DNA from: a virus
Taxonomy: Duplodnaviria; Caudoviricetes
DNA length: 49,194 nucleotides
Virus record (IMG/VR): IMGVR_UViG_3300032318_001844
Coordinates: 1 to 49,194 of that record
Direction: 5' to 3' (one strand)
The notes under the pieces are model-generated. The model did not search any database. It worked only from the letters and a program-made list of their open reading frames with translations, and was not told the DNA's origin. Within the stretch, counting starts at the first letter, position 1; each line of letters begins with the position of its first letter. Of this stretch, positions 27,191 to 36,035 are shown one piece after another. Made by a program: the position numbers and the translations under genes.

Positions 27191-29277
27191 TCGCACCATC
27201 CGACCGCATCCTCTGGCTGCCGACTTCCGAGTACGAGTCCCGCAACTGGGACTACGAGTCGGGTGGCTACGGCGGCAACCGCAATCCTTCGGGCGTGCGG
27301 ATTGACCCCGAGACGGCGCTCCGCTCGACCGTCGTTCTTGCGTGCGTCCGCGTGCTCTCGTCCAGCGTGGCAGGGCTCCCGTTGCATCTCTACCGGCGGT
27401 TGCCCAACGGCGGCAAGGAAATCGCCCGCGAGGTGCCGCTGTACCGCATCCTCCACGAGCGTCCGAACGGCTGGCAGACGAGCTACGAGTGGCGAGAGCA
27501 GATCATGCTCCACCTGCTCACGCACGGGCAGGCGTTCGTCGAGATCGCCGGTGCCGGTCCTGCCACGCAGTTGATCGTGCTGCACCCGAGCCGGATGCAG
27601 GTCGAGCGGATCGAGAACGGCAGGCTCCGTTACCGTTACCGGGAGGATCGCGGCACCGAGACGATCTACTCGCAGGACGCAATCATGCACCTGCGGTGGC
27701 TGTCTGACGACGGCGTCAACGGCATGGTGCCGGTCGAGCTCGCCCGCGACGCGATCGGGCTGGCCCGTGCGTGCGAGATTCACGGCGCGTCGTTCTTCGG
27801 GAACGGCGCTCGGCCCGGCGTGGTTCTGTCTACGGACAGCACGATCTCAGCCGAGGCGGCCGAGGCGCTCCGCAACGGATGGGAGCGTATGCACCGTGGC
27901 AGCGAGCGAAGTCACCGCACGGCAGTGCTTCAAGGCGGGCTCAAGCCGATCGAGCTCGGCGGCGGGAATATGCAAGAGAGCCAGTTCCTTGAGACCCGCC
28001 GCTTCGCGGTCGAGGAAATCTGCCGCATCTACGGCGTGCCGCCGCATCTCGTGGGCGACCTGACGCGGTCATCGTTCTCCAATATCGAGCAGCAGTCGCT
28101 CGACTTCGTGACGAACGGGCTGATGCCGTGGCTGCGTCGCATCGAGCTTGCGGTCGGTCGCGACCTCATCACCGACGACACGCTCTTCGCGGAGTTCGAC
28201 ACTCGCGGCTCGCTGCGGGCAGACGCTGCGGGTCGTGGCTCCTACTACAACACGCTCTGGAATCTCGGCGTCCTGAGCGTCAACGAAATCCGGGCGCTGG
28301 AGAACCTCAACCCCGTCGATGGCGGCGATGTGCGGTTCGTGCAGTTGAACATGACGACGCTCGACAAGGCTGCGGCCGATCCCGGGCCGACGCCGGTCGT
28401 CGAAGAGATCGTCGTCGATGAGCCGGTTGCCGAGGCGGTTCCGACCGACGCTCCGACTGTGCTAGAGGTTGTCGAGCAGTACCGCACAGGTGCACTGACG
28501 ATTGACGGTGCGAAGGCGTTGCTGATGGTGTCGTTCCCTGGCACGTCGCCGCAGATGATCGACGCGATCCTCGCAGGCGTGGTTCTGCCGCAGCCTGAAC
28601 CAGCAGCGGATACGCGGCCGCAGCTTGTGCCCGATGTGGCTCCCACGCCCGCGAGGTCGCTCGAGTCTCGGTCTATGACGATCTCAATCGACTTCGACCG
28701 CACGTTCGCAGCCGACCCGCAGTTGTGGGGCGAGTTCGCCCGCAAGTCGGTTGCCGACGGCAACACGGTCGTGATGATCTCGCGTCGCCCCGAGGCTGAT
28801 CGTCAGTCAGTCATGGCGACGCTCGGCGACTACGCCGATGCGTTCTCGCAGGTGCTGCTCGTGGGCGGCGACACGCTCAAGGCTGACGCGGCCGAGGCGG
28901 CTGGCATCGAAGTAGACGTATGGGTGGACGACTCGCCGCAGACGATCCGCTCCGCAGAGAAGCGTGCCGAGCCCGGCAGCGTCGCCGAGGGCGACTACGT
29001 CTCGTGGGGCTCGTCTGGCGGGCGAGCTCGCGGGCGCATCGACCACGTGATGGACTACGGGCGGCTCGACGTGCCCGGCACCGACTTCGCGATCGACGCG
29101 ACCGAGGACGACCCGGCGGCGCTCATCACGGTCTACGAAGAGGTCAGCGGCGGCTGGCGGGCGACCGACACGCAGGTCGGACACAAGGTCTCGACGCTCA
29201 CGAAGATCGACCCGCTGCCCGAGCCGCCGCCTGCGGAGGAGCCACGGGCGAAGCCACGGAGGCGGAAGCGTGGCTAG
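27187..29277 (+). CDS. HK97-family portal protein with ~300-aa C-terminal extension
   Basis: ACVRVLS..VAGLP, FFGNGARPG, QFLETRRF..EEICRIYGVPP, NEIRALENL; extra domains after ~aa 395. Confidence 0.93.
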   Translation: MIAPSDRILWLPTSEYESRNWDYESGGYGGNRNPSGVRIDPETALRSTVVLACVRVLSSSVAGLPLHLYRRLPNGGKEIAREVPLYRILHERPNGWQTSYEWREQIMLHLLTHGQAFVEIAGAGPATQLIVLHPSRMQVERIENGRLRYRYREDRGTETIYSQDAIMHLRWLSDDGVNGMVPVELARDAIGLARACEIHGASFFGNGARPGVVLSTDSTISAEAAEALRNGWERMHRGSERSHRTAVLQGGLKPIELGGGNMQESQFLETRRFAVEEICRIYGVPPHLVGDLTRSSFSNIEQQSLDFVTNGLMPWLRRIELAVGRDLITDDTLFAEFDTRGSLRADAAGRGSYYNTLWNLGVLSVNEIRALENLNPVDGGDVRFVQLNMTTLDKAAADPGPTPVVEEIVVDEPVAEAVPTDAPTVLEVVEQYRTGALTIDGAKALLMVSFPGTSPQMIDAILAGVVLPQPEPAADTRPQLVPDVAPTPARSLESRSMTISIDFDRTFAADPQLWGEFARKSVADGNTVVMISRRPEADRQSVMATLGDYADAFSQVLLVGGDTLKADAAEAAGIEVDVWVDDSPQTIRSAEKRAEPGSVAEGDYVSWGSSGGRARGRIDHVMDYGRLDVPGTDFAIDATEDDPAALITVYEEVSGGWRATDTQVGHKVSTLTKIDPLPEPPPAEEPRAKPRRRKRG

Positions 29278-30286
29278 GTATGACCACATCGACTTCACGC
29301 CCCCGGCTGGCGTGCGTGAAGAGGCTGCGAAGGGGCTCGCATGGCGAAGAGAGTACGGCCGAGGCGGCACGGCAGTCGGCGTGGCTCGCGCAAGAGACCT
29401 GAGCAACGGCACGACGATCAGCCCCGAGACGGCACGCAGGATGAAGGCGTACTTCGATCGGCACGAGATCGACAAGCAAGGCGAAGGGTGGAGCCCGAGC
29501 CAGGACGGCTTCCCGTCGAACGGTCGGATAGCGTGGGCTCTGTGGGGTGGAGACTCGGGGTATTCATGGAGCAAAAAGTTGGTGAGGCAGATGAACGCAG
29601 CAGACGAAGGCGCAAGGAGTAACGCGATGAACGTCGAGCGACGCAGTCTGGCGATTGACGAGGTCGAGTCGGCTGTCCCGCTGCTCGCGGTCGAGAGCCG
29701 CAGCGAGGACGACGGCAGCGAGCGTGAGTACATCGTCGGCTACGCCGCGAAGTTCGGCGTGCTGTCGCTGGAGCTCGAAGGCTCGTTCATCGAGCGGATC
29801 GACCCTGGTGCGTTCGGCATCGTCGCCGAGCGTCGCGGGCGGCGACGGCCGCTGGAGACTCGCGCCCTCTGGAATCACGACGCGAACTACCCGCTCGCGA
29901 GGTATCCCGGCACGTTGTCGATGAGCGTGGACGAGGTGGGGCTGCGGTATGAGTTCCCCGTGCCGGACACGACGTACGGGCGCGACATCGCGAGCAATAT
30001 CCGGGCGGGCATCGTCAAGGGCTCGTCGTTCTCGTTCACCGTGCCGAGCGGCGGCGACTCGTGGGCGGTCGAAGATGGCCGCAGTGTGCGGACGATCCAG
30101 AGAGTGGATTCTCTGATCGATTTGGGGCCAGTCTGCTTCCCAGCATACCCGGATGCTGACGTGACGATCGCCCAGCGCTCCTACGATGCGTTTCGCCGTC
30201 AGCGTGACGCCGAGGCTCATCGCCGCATGGCTGCGGCGGCCCGTGCCCGAGAACTCCGCGAGTACCTGACCCAGCATGGCCGCTAG
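29270..30286 (+). CDS. HK97-type prohead protease (S78) with extra N-terminal domain
   Basis: GYAAKF, FIERIDPGAF, LWNHD, GSSFSF, PVCFPAYPDA. Confidence 0.9.
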   Translation: MARYDHIDFTPPAGVREEAAKGLAWRREYGRGGTAVGVARARDLSNGTTISPETARRMKAYFDRHEIDKQGEGWSPSQDGFPSNGRIAWALWGGDSGYSWSKKLVRQMNAADEGARSNAMNVERRSLAIDEVESAVPLLAVESRSEDDGSEREYIVGYAAKFGVLSLELEGSFIERIDPGAFGIVAERRGRRRPLETRALWNHDANYPLARYPGTLSMSVDEVGLRYEFPVPDTTYGRDIASNIRAGIVKGSSFSFTVPSGGDSWAVEDGRSVRTIQRVDSLIDLGPVCFPAYPDADVTIAQRSYDAFRRQRDAEAHRRMAAAARARELREYLTQHGR

Positions 30287-30461
30287 TGGCGACTCGTGCC
30301 CGAAGTGCCGGGCCGGTGTGTATGTGATCGCGTCGAGCCAGCGGTCTGGCGACTACCAGACGCGATACCTGCGCTGTCCGAGGTGCGGTGCGACCGACAA
30401 GCAGACGCTTCTGGCGGTCGAGGTCAGGCGGCGAAAGTTGTTTACTAACGCCCCGTCGTGA
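30276..30461 (+). CDS. Small zinc-ribbon protein (Ogr/Delta-like spacing)
   Basis: CPKC...SS.....RYLRCPRCG. Confidence 0.6.
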   Translation: MAASGDSCPKCRAGVYVIASSQRSGDYQTRYLRCPRCGATDKQTLLAVEVRRRKLFTNAPS

Positions 30462-30492
30462 CTGGATGGGTGCCGTTCTGGCTCCGTAGGTT
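30460..30492 (+). promoter_or_regulatory. Class A promoter variant upstream of the capsid gene
   Basis: GACTGGATG-N18-TAGGTT; extended similarity to 35551-35592. Confidence 0.6.
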
Positions 30493-30542
30493 TTGGATAG
30501 GTGGCGTGATCGCCGCCGCATCCCGACCAAGGAGATCGCACC

Positions 30543-31910
30543 GTGGACAAGATCAAGCAGCTTCTCGACGAGCTCGCCCAGGTGGTCGCCGAGATGGAGG
30601 CGATGAGCGAGGCTCCCGCCGAGGGCGACGCCCCCGCGATGAACGCGGAGGAGGAGTCGTCGCTTCGCTCGCTGTCCGAGCGTGCTGACAAGCTCCGCAG
30701 CCAGATCGAGCTGCTGCGTGCCATCGAGGCGAAGAACCTCGAACTGCGTGCCGTGCTGGAGCGTGGTGCTCCCGCCAAGGCGATCGAGAAGGCTGCTGCC
30801 GAGGAGGCTCCCGTGGAGAAGCGAACCGTCCCCGCGATCCCCGTGTCGCACGGCCCGCTCAAGGCGTTCCGTTCGGCCGAGTCGGCGTACCGCGCTGGCA
30901 TGCACCTGCGTGCGTACACGTTCGGTGACGCCGAGGCTCGTCGGTGGTGCAACGATCACGGCGTCGAGAGCCGCGCTCAGGCTGGCGGCGTCAACTCGCT
31001 CGGAGGCGTGCTGACCAGCCCCGAACTGAGCAACGAGATCATCCGGCTCGTCGAGGAGTACGGCGTGTTCCCGCAGTACGCTCGTCGCGTCTCGATGAGC
31101 ACCGACACGATGAACTGGGCGCGTCGCACCGGCGGGCTCGCGGCTCGTCCGGTCGGCGAGAACGCCGAGACGACCCAGAGCGATGTGACGTTCGACAACG
31201 TCGAACTCACCGCGAAGATTTGGGGCGTGCTGAACCGCATCCCGAACTCGCTCATCGAGGACTCGGTGATCGACCTCGCAGACGCAATGGCCGTTGAGAC
31301 GGCTCAAGCATTCGCCGAGGCGGTCGATAACGCCGGATTCATCGGTGACGGCACGCTGGCCTACCACTCGGTCGAGGGCATCACCAAGAAGATCGTGAAG
31401 TCGGCCTACTCGGCTTCGGTCGTCACCACGACCGCCAGCACCGAGGACACCTACGGCACGCTGACGATGAAGCACTTCACCGACATGGTGGCGAAGCTCC
31501 CGCTCTACGCGAGGCGCAATGCCCGGTTCTTCATCTCGCCCGCTGGCTGGGGCTCGGCGATGCTGCGTCTCGCGATGCTGCCCGGCGGTGCCGCTGGCCC
31601 CGGAGGCAACTCGTCGAGCGACGTGGCCGCTGGGTTTGGCGAGCGCTTCCTCGGCTACCCGGTCACGCTGGTGCATTCGATGCACTCGTCGCTGACCGAC
31701 TCCAGCGGCGAGGTGGCGTGCCTGTTCGGCGACCTCTCGCAGGCTGCGATGTACGGCGAGCGGCGGGCGATCTCCGTCAAGACGCTCACCGAGCGTTACG
31801 CGGAATACGATCAGGTCGGAACCTTCGCGACCACCCGCAACGCGATCGTCGTGCATGACCTGGGCTCAACGAGCAAGGCTGGCCCGGTCGTGGCTCTCAA
31901 GTTCGGCTGA
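30543..31910 (+). CDS. Major capsid protein, HK97 fold with delta domain
   Basis: Coiled-coil N-terminus, GGVL..ELSNEII, VGENAE, IGDGT, LGYPV, FGDLS; AAGGAG RBS. Confidence 0.95.
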   Translation: MDKIKQLLDELAQVVAEMEAMSEAPAEGDAPAMNAEEESSLRSLSERADKLRSQIELLRAIEAKNLELRAVLERGAPAKAIEKAAAEEAPVEKRTVPAIPVSHGPLKAFRSAESAYRAGMHLRAYTFGDAEARRWCNDHGVESRAQAGGVNSLGGVLTSPELSNEIIRLVEEYGVFPQYARRVSMSTDTMNWARRTGGLAARPVGENAETTQSDVTFDNVELTAKIWGVLNRIPNSLIEDSVIDLADAMAVETAQAFAEAVDNAGFIGDGTLAYHSVEGITKKIVKSAYSASVVTTTASTEDTYGTLTMKHFTDMVAKLPLYARRNARFFISPAGWGSAMLRLAMLPGGAAGPGGNSSSDVAAGFGERFLGYPVTLVHSMHSSLTDSSGEVACLFGDLSQAAMYGERRAISVKTLTERYAEYDQVGTFATTRNAIVVHDLGSTSKAGPVVALKFG

Positions 31911-31951
31911 TCCGACTGACTGACTTTCAACCCTCCGAGGAGATCTAGAAC

Positions 31952-32401
31952 GTGAACCATCTCGAAGCGACGAAGAGCGTCGTCGGTCACACCGAGAACC
32001 TGACGGCGGCGCAGACCCACACGCTGGTGATCGACCGTCTCGGGTATGAGTACGTGTCGCTCGACGTGTGCCAGGAGCCGTGGGCGAATGCGGGCTACAC
32101 GAGCCAGGCGGCGTTCACCGTCCTGAAGCTCGCCGAGTCCGACAACAACTCGTCCTACTCCGACGTGACCGAGTTCGTCGGCGGCGGCACCGGTGGATTT
32201 ACGATCCCGACGCCGACCGCCACGGCGGGTGACGTGGTCGTGCGGATGGACGTAGACTGCCGTGGCAAGAAGCGCTATCTGCGTGTCACCGCCACGCCGT
32301 ACACGACCGGCACCGTCTACACGGTCGCCAGGCTCGGCAAGGGCAACGACGGCCCGGTCAGCGCCTCCGCGAAGGGCGTCAACGCCACGGTCAGCGGCTG
32401 A
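31952..32401 (+). CDS. Capsid decoration/cement-like protein
   Basis: Directly after MCP; L.ESDN.S.YSD and KRYLRV motifs. Confidence 0.65.
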   Translation: MNHLEATKSVVGHTENLTAAQTHTLVIDRLGYEYVSLDVCQEPWANAGYTSQAAFTVLKLAESDNNSSYSDVTEFVGGGTGGFTIPTPTATAGDVVVRMDVDCRGKKRYLRVTATPYTTGTVYTVARLGKGNDGPVSASAKGVNATVSG

Positions 32402-32405
32402 TGGC

Positions 32406-32424
32406 TTGACAGTACCGACACAGT
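32406..32424 (+). promoter_or_regulatory. Class B motif
   Basis: TTGACA gtaccga CACAGT. Confidence 0.6.
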
Positions 32425-32426
32425 GA

Positions 32427-32463
32427 GCGGCGGGTGGCGACGAGCCGCCCGCCGTTTCGCTTT
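32427..32463 (+). terminator. Intrinsic terminator after capsid genes
   Basis: CGGCGGGTGGC/GCCGCCCGCCG stem followed by TTTCGCTTT. Confidence 0.65.
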
Positions 32464-32475
32464 GGAGGGTGACGC

Positions 32476-33210
32476 GTGATCGTTCAGGTCGGCGATACGT
32501 CGGTCGAAGTCCGTGCCGAGGCAGTGCTGTCGGCTCCACGGTTCGGGCCGCTCACGAACGTCTTCGCGTTCGTCGAAAGCCTCATGCCGCTGCACATCCG
32601 CCCGACGCTGGGCCAGGGTGCGTTCTGGGCACAGGTGCTCACGCGGATGCTCGAAGAGTTTGCACCGACGACCGAGTACATCATCACGCTGGACTACGAC
32701 ACCTTCGTCACCCGCTCCGACATCGAGCGTCTCTTCGCGATCGCCATGACGTGCCAGTGCGACGCTCTCGCCCCGATCCAGGCGAAACGCGAGGACGGGC
32801 GGCCGATGCTCACGCTCCTCGACACGATGGACGATCCGCCTGCCGACGGCAAAACGGAACTGCCGCTGTCGTGGTTCGCCGAGCCGGTGCAGCAGGTCGA
32901 TACGGCGCACTTCGGTTGCACTGTGATCTCGACCAGGGCACTCAGGCGAACGCTCAAGCCGTGGTTTCACTCGAAGCCAGACGCCGAAGGCGGCTGGGGC
33001 GACGGGCGGGTCGATGATGATCTGTGGTTCTGGTCGCAGTTCAAGAAGTCGGGCAACCGCCTATTCATCACGCCTCGCGTCGTGATCGGTCACGGCGAGT
33101 ACGTCATCTCGTGGCCGAGCAAGGATTTCTCCGGTCCGGTGTTTCAGCACACGACCTCGTGGCAGCGGACGAAGCGACCGCCCGAAACTGCATGGAGGGT
33201 CGGCGAATGA
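32476..33210 (+). CDS. Glycosyltransferase-like protein (GT-A) within the head module
   Basis: TLDYDT DxD, HFGCTVI, PWF, DDLWF, IGH. Confidence 0.7.
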   Translation: MIVQVGDTSVEVRAEAVLSAPRFGPLTNVFAFVESLMPLHIRPTLGQGAFWAQVLTRMLEEFAPTTEYIITLDYDTFVTRSDIERLFAIAMTCQCDALAPIQAKREDGRPMLTLLDTMDDPPADGKTELPLSWFAEPVQQVDTAHFGCTVISTRALRRTLKPWFHSKPDAEGGWGDGRVDDDLWFWSQFKKSGNRLFITPRVVIGHGEYVISWPSKDFSGPVFQHTTSWQRTKRPPETAWRVGE

Positions 33211-33419
33211 CGACAATCAGAGTGCGGATGAATCGTGCATACGGTGCCTACAAGGCGGGCGAGCTCGTCGAGGTGGACGAGTCCTTCGCTGCTCGGCTCT
33301 TCGCGTGGGGCTACGCCAAGCGAGAGACACAGCAATCGCTGATCGAGACGGCAGCGGTGGAGCCGGTCGCGGAGCGGGCAGACGTGACGCCACGACGCAG
33401 GGGGCGACGCCATGAATGA
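33207..33419 (+). CDS. Small head-associated protein
   Basis: YKAGELVEVDESFAARL..GYA pattern, typical of genes following capsid genes. Confidence 0.6.
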   Translation: MTTIRVRMNRAYGAYKAGELVEVDESFAARLFAWGYAKRETQQSLIETAAVEPVAERADVTPRRRGRRHE

Positions 33420-34023
33420 CGGCAAGCGATACCGATCACTGAAGGTCGCCACGCAGCCGGTCGTCGAGCCGGTGAGCGTCGCCGATGCCAAGGCTCACAT
33501 TCGCGTCGATCACAATACCGACGACGCCTACATCGCTGCGCTCATCTCTGCGGCCCGCGAGTACTGCGAGACGTACATGGACGAGACGCTCGTCGATACG
33601 CAGTACGTCATGCGGCTCGATGCGTTTCCGGCGGTCATCGAACTCCCGCGACCGCCGATGTCGCAGACCACCGGACGCACGGCGGTGTCGATCGTCTACA
33701 CCGCGAGCGAGGCGGGCAACACGGCGACGCTCTCGGTGGCCGAGTACCGTGTCGATCGGGACACGAAGCCGGGAACGCTGCGGACGCTGTACGCCGGATC
33801 GTGGCCGAGTCACCTCCTCGACTACGGCAGCGTCACGGTGACGTGGTGGGGCGGGCGTGGCGACGACGGCAGCAAGGTCTCGCCCCGTGTGAAGGCGGCG
33901 ATCCTCATGCTCGTCGGGCAGTGGTATGAGCGCCGCATGGCGGCCGACGCCGTATCGCTCTCCGAGATGCCGTTCGGCGTGAAGGCGTTGCTCGACAGCG
34001 TGAAGTGGGGGAGCTACACGTGA
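33412..34023 (+). CDS. Head-tail connector (gp6/phiE125 gp8-like)
   Basis: EPVSVADAKAHIRVD..DDAYI..LI.AAREYCE; AILMLVGQWYERR. Confidence 0.88.
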   Translation: MNDGKRYRSLKVATQPVVEPVSVADAKAHIRVDHNTDDAYIAALISAAREYCETYMDETLVDTQYVMRLDAFPAVIELPRPPMSQTTGRTAVSIVYTASEAGNTATLSVAEYRVDRDTKPGTLRTLYAGSWPSHLLDYGSVTVTWWGGRGDDGSKVSPRVKAAILMLVGQWYERRMAADAVSLSEMPFGVKALLDSVKWGSYT

Positions 34024-34433
34024 CCGGACGCATCATCGTCGATTCGCAGTTCACCGACACGGCGTCGTCCACGGGCGTGTCCTCGACGAAGGTCGTGGCG
34101 CTCCAGACCTCGAACGAGTACACGTCTGGCAAGGTCGCCGTCGTCTCTGGTACGTGCGGCACGTCAGCCGTGACGATCACGCTCGCCTCGCCTGGATACA
34201 CGGCGGCGTCGGGCTCTGCCGTATCGTTCTCGTCGGTCTCTCGGATCGTGTTCTCGGCGACCGGCGCGACGCTTGTGAAGTGCGTCGGCGGTGCCACGGG
34301 CAAGCCGCTCGTGATGTCGCGTGCCGAGCAGGGTGCCGTCTCTGATGTCGGTTCGACGGAGACCTCGCTTCAAGTGAGCGTGGATGCAACCGCTGGCACG
34401 TCGTCCTACACGCTGGTGATGTATGGCGATTGA
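34020..34433 (+). CDS. Hypothetical virion protein
   Basis: S/T/V/G-rich beta protein coupled between neck genes. Confidence 0.6.
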   Translation: MTGRIIVDSQFTDTASSTGVSSTKVVALQTSNEYTSGKVAVVSGTCGTSAVTITLASPGYTAASGSAVSFSSVSRIVFSATGATLVKCVGGATGKPLVMSRAEQGAVSDVGSTETSLQVSVDATAGTSSYTLVMYGD

Positions 34434-34746
34434 TCCGGGACGCCTCCGCGAGCGAGTCACGATCCAGCAGGCGACCGCCACGCGGAATCGCATCGGTGAG
34501 ACAGTGCAAACGTGGGGCACGTTCGCCGAGGTGTGGGCGAGCGTTGAGGGGCTGTCCGGTCGCGAGGTGCTTCAGTCCGGTCAGCAGCAGACCGAGGTGA
34601 CGCACCGCGTGCGGATGCGATACGTGGACGGCATGACGCAGCAGATGCGGCTCTCGTGGCGCGGGCGGATTCTTGAGATCACGTCGCTGCTCGAACACAA
34701 CAACCGCACCGAGCACGAGCTTCTGTGCGTGGAGGATACGGACTGA
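34423..34746 (+). CDS. Head-tail adaptor/closure (SPP1 gp16-like)
   Basis: GRLRERVTIQ, WASVEGLSGRE, RMRY. Confidence 0.88.
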   Translation: MAIDPGRLRERVTIQQATATRNRIGETVQTWGTFAEVWASVEGLSGREVLQSGQQQTEVTHRVRMRYVDGMTQQMRLSWRGRILEITSLLEHNNRTEHELLCVEDTD

Positions 34747-35525
34747 TGGCGACCGCAGGGATCACGATCACCGCAGAGATCGCCGAACTGCGCGAGTTGC
34801 AGACTGCGATCGGTCGCATCTTCACGCCAGCGGACAAGGCAAAGATTTTGCAGGACGCTTTGAAGAAGGCGCTCGCCCCAGCTCTAGAGCGGCTCAGGGC
34901 AAACACGCCCGAAGGTCCGACCGGCAACCTCAAGCGTGCGGCATCGGTGAAGATTGTGGCGTACTCGCGGGACGGCAACGCCGTCGGGCTGCTCGGCTAC
35001 CGGCGGGCTGGCAAGGGTGCGAGCGAGTCGGCCCAGGGCGGTCGTGTCCGCAAAGGACCGGATCGTGCGTTTCATCAGTGGTGGCTCGAAAACGGCACGA
35101 AAGACACCGTCATCGACAAGCTCTCAAACACGCCGTATGCCCGCAAGTCGCACACCAGACGCAACCGCAGCGGCAGCGTCACGACTGTGCGGGCTCATCA
35201 AGTGAGCGGGCAGAACGCCTACTACGCCTCGTCGTTCAATAAGCTCGGACCGTTCAAGATTCAGCCGACTCCCCGACCGCCCCGAGGCGAGGAAGGGCAG
35301 CGAGTGCAGACGACGCCCGGCTACCCGCAAGCGTTCTTCAAGCGGTCGGCAACGCCGATCACGATCAAGGGTCTGCGGGCTGGCGGCATCCTCGGCCAGC
35401 CGCCGCTGAAAACGACGTGGGAGCAGACCTCGGCCACGGTCGCCGAGATCCTCCAGCGTGAGCTGCGAATCTCGCTGGAGCGTGCCCTGAGCACGCTGAC
35501 GAGATCGGCTACTGGAACGCTCTGA
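34746..35525 (+). CDS. HK97 gp10-like neck/tail-completion protein
   Basis: TPEGPTGNLKR, WWLENGT; synteny. Confidence 0.75.
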   Translation: MATAGITITAEIAELRELQTAIGRIFTPADKAKILQDALKKALAPALERLRANTPEGPTGNLKRAASVKIVAYSRDGNAVGLLGYRRAGKGASESAQGGRVRKGPDRAFHQWWLENGTKDTVIDKLSNTPYARKSHTRRNRSGSVTTVRAHQVSGQNAYYASSFNKLGPFKIQPTPRPPRGEEGQRVQTTPGYPQAFFKRSATPITIKGLRAGGILGQPPLKTTWEQTSATVAEILQRELRISLERALSTLTRSATGTL

Positions 35526-35550
35526 TAACGCCGATGTTTCATCGTTTGGT

Positions 35551-35583
35551 AACTGCAAGGGTGGGGGTGTGACTCCATAGGTT
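35551..35583 (+). promoter_or_regulatory. Class A promoter motif upstream of the tail operon
   Basis: AACTGCAAGG-N17-TAGGTT in an intergenic gap. Confidence 0.7.
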
Positions 35584-35610
35584 CGGGATAGGCGAAGGCC
35601 GATCCCGAAC

Positions 35611-36033
35611 ATGGCATTCAAGTCACCAGAAAAAGCCGTCGCGGACGCGCTCGTCTCCGACCCGGACGTGGCCGCGATCCTCGGTGACCGGATTCACCCG
35701 GTGGTCGCTCCCGCCACGGAGACCCTCCCGCTGGCGACGTGGCGGCGTCAAGCGGTCACCCGCGAGACAACCCTCGGCAACACCCGTGGAGGTCTGCCGG
35801 TTGTGACGCTCGCCCTGGAGCTCTACGCCGAGACCTACCAGGAGGTCAGGGAACTGGCTGACGCCTGCCGGTCGAAACTGGATGGGTGGGGGAGTGCCGT
35901 GTCATCATCAGTATCGGTGCGGCACGTCGCGCTCCAGAACGAGCAGGACGGGTTCGTACAGTTGGCGGGTGGCGACCTGCCTCCGGTGTTTTCGGTGACG
36001 CAAACGTACACGATCCTCTGGCAGGAGACTTGA
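35611..36033 (+). CDS. Tail terminator (DUF3168-like)
   Basis: GDRIHP..AP, LELYAETY..V..LAD.CR..LDG. Confidence 0.75.
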   Translation: MAFKSPEKAVADALVSDPDVAAILGDRIHPVVAPATETLPLATWRRQAVTRETTLGNTRGGLPVVTLALELYAETYQEVRELADACRSKLDGWGSAVSSSVSVRHVALQNEQDGFVQLAGGDLPPVFSVTQTYTILWQET

Positions 36034-36035
36034 CG

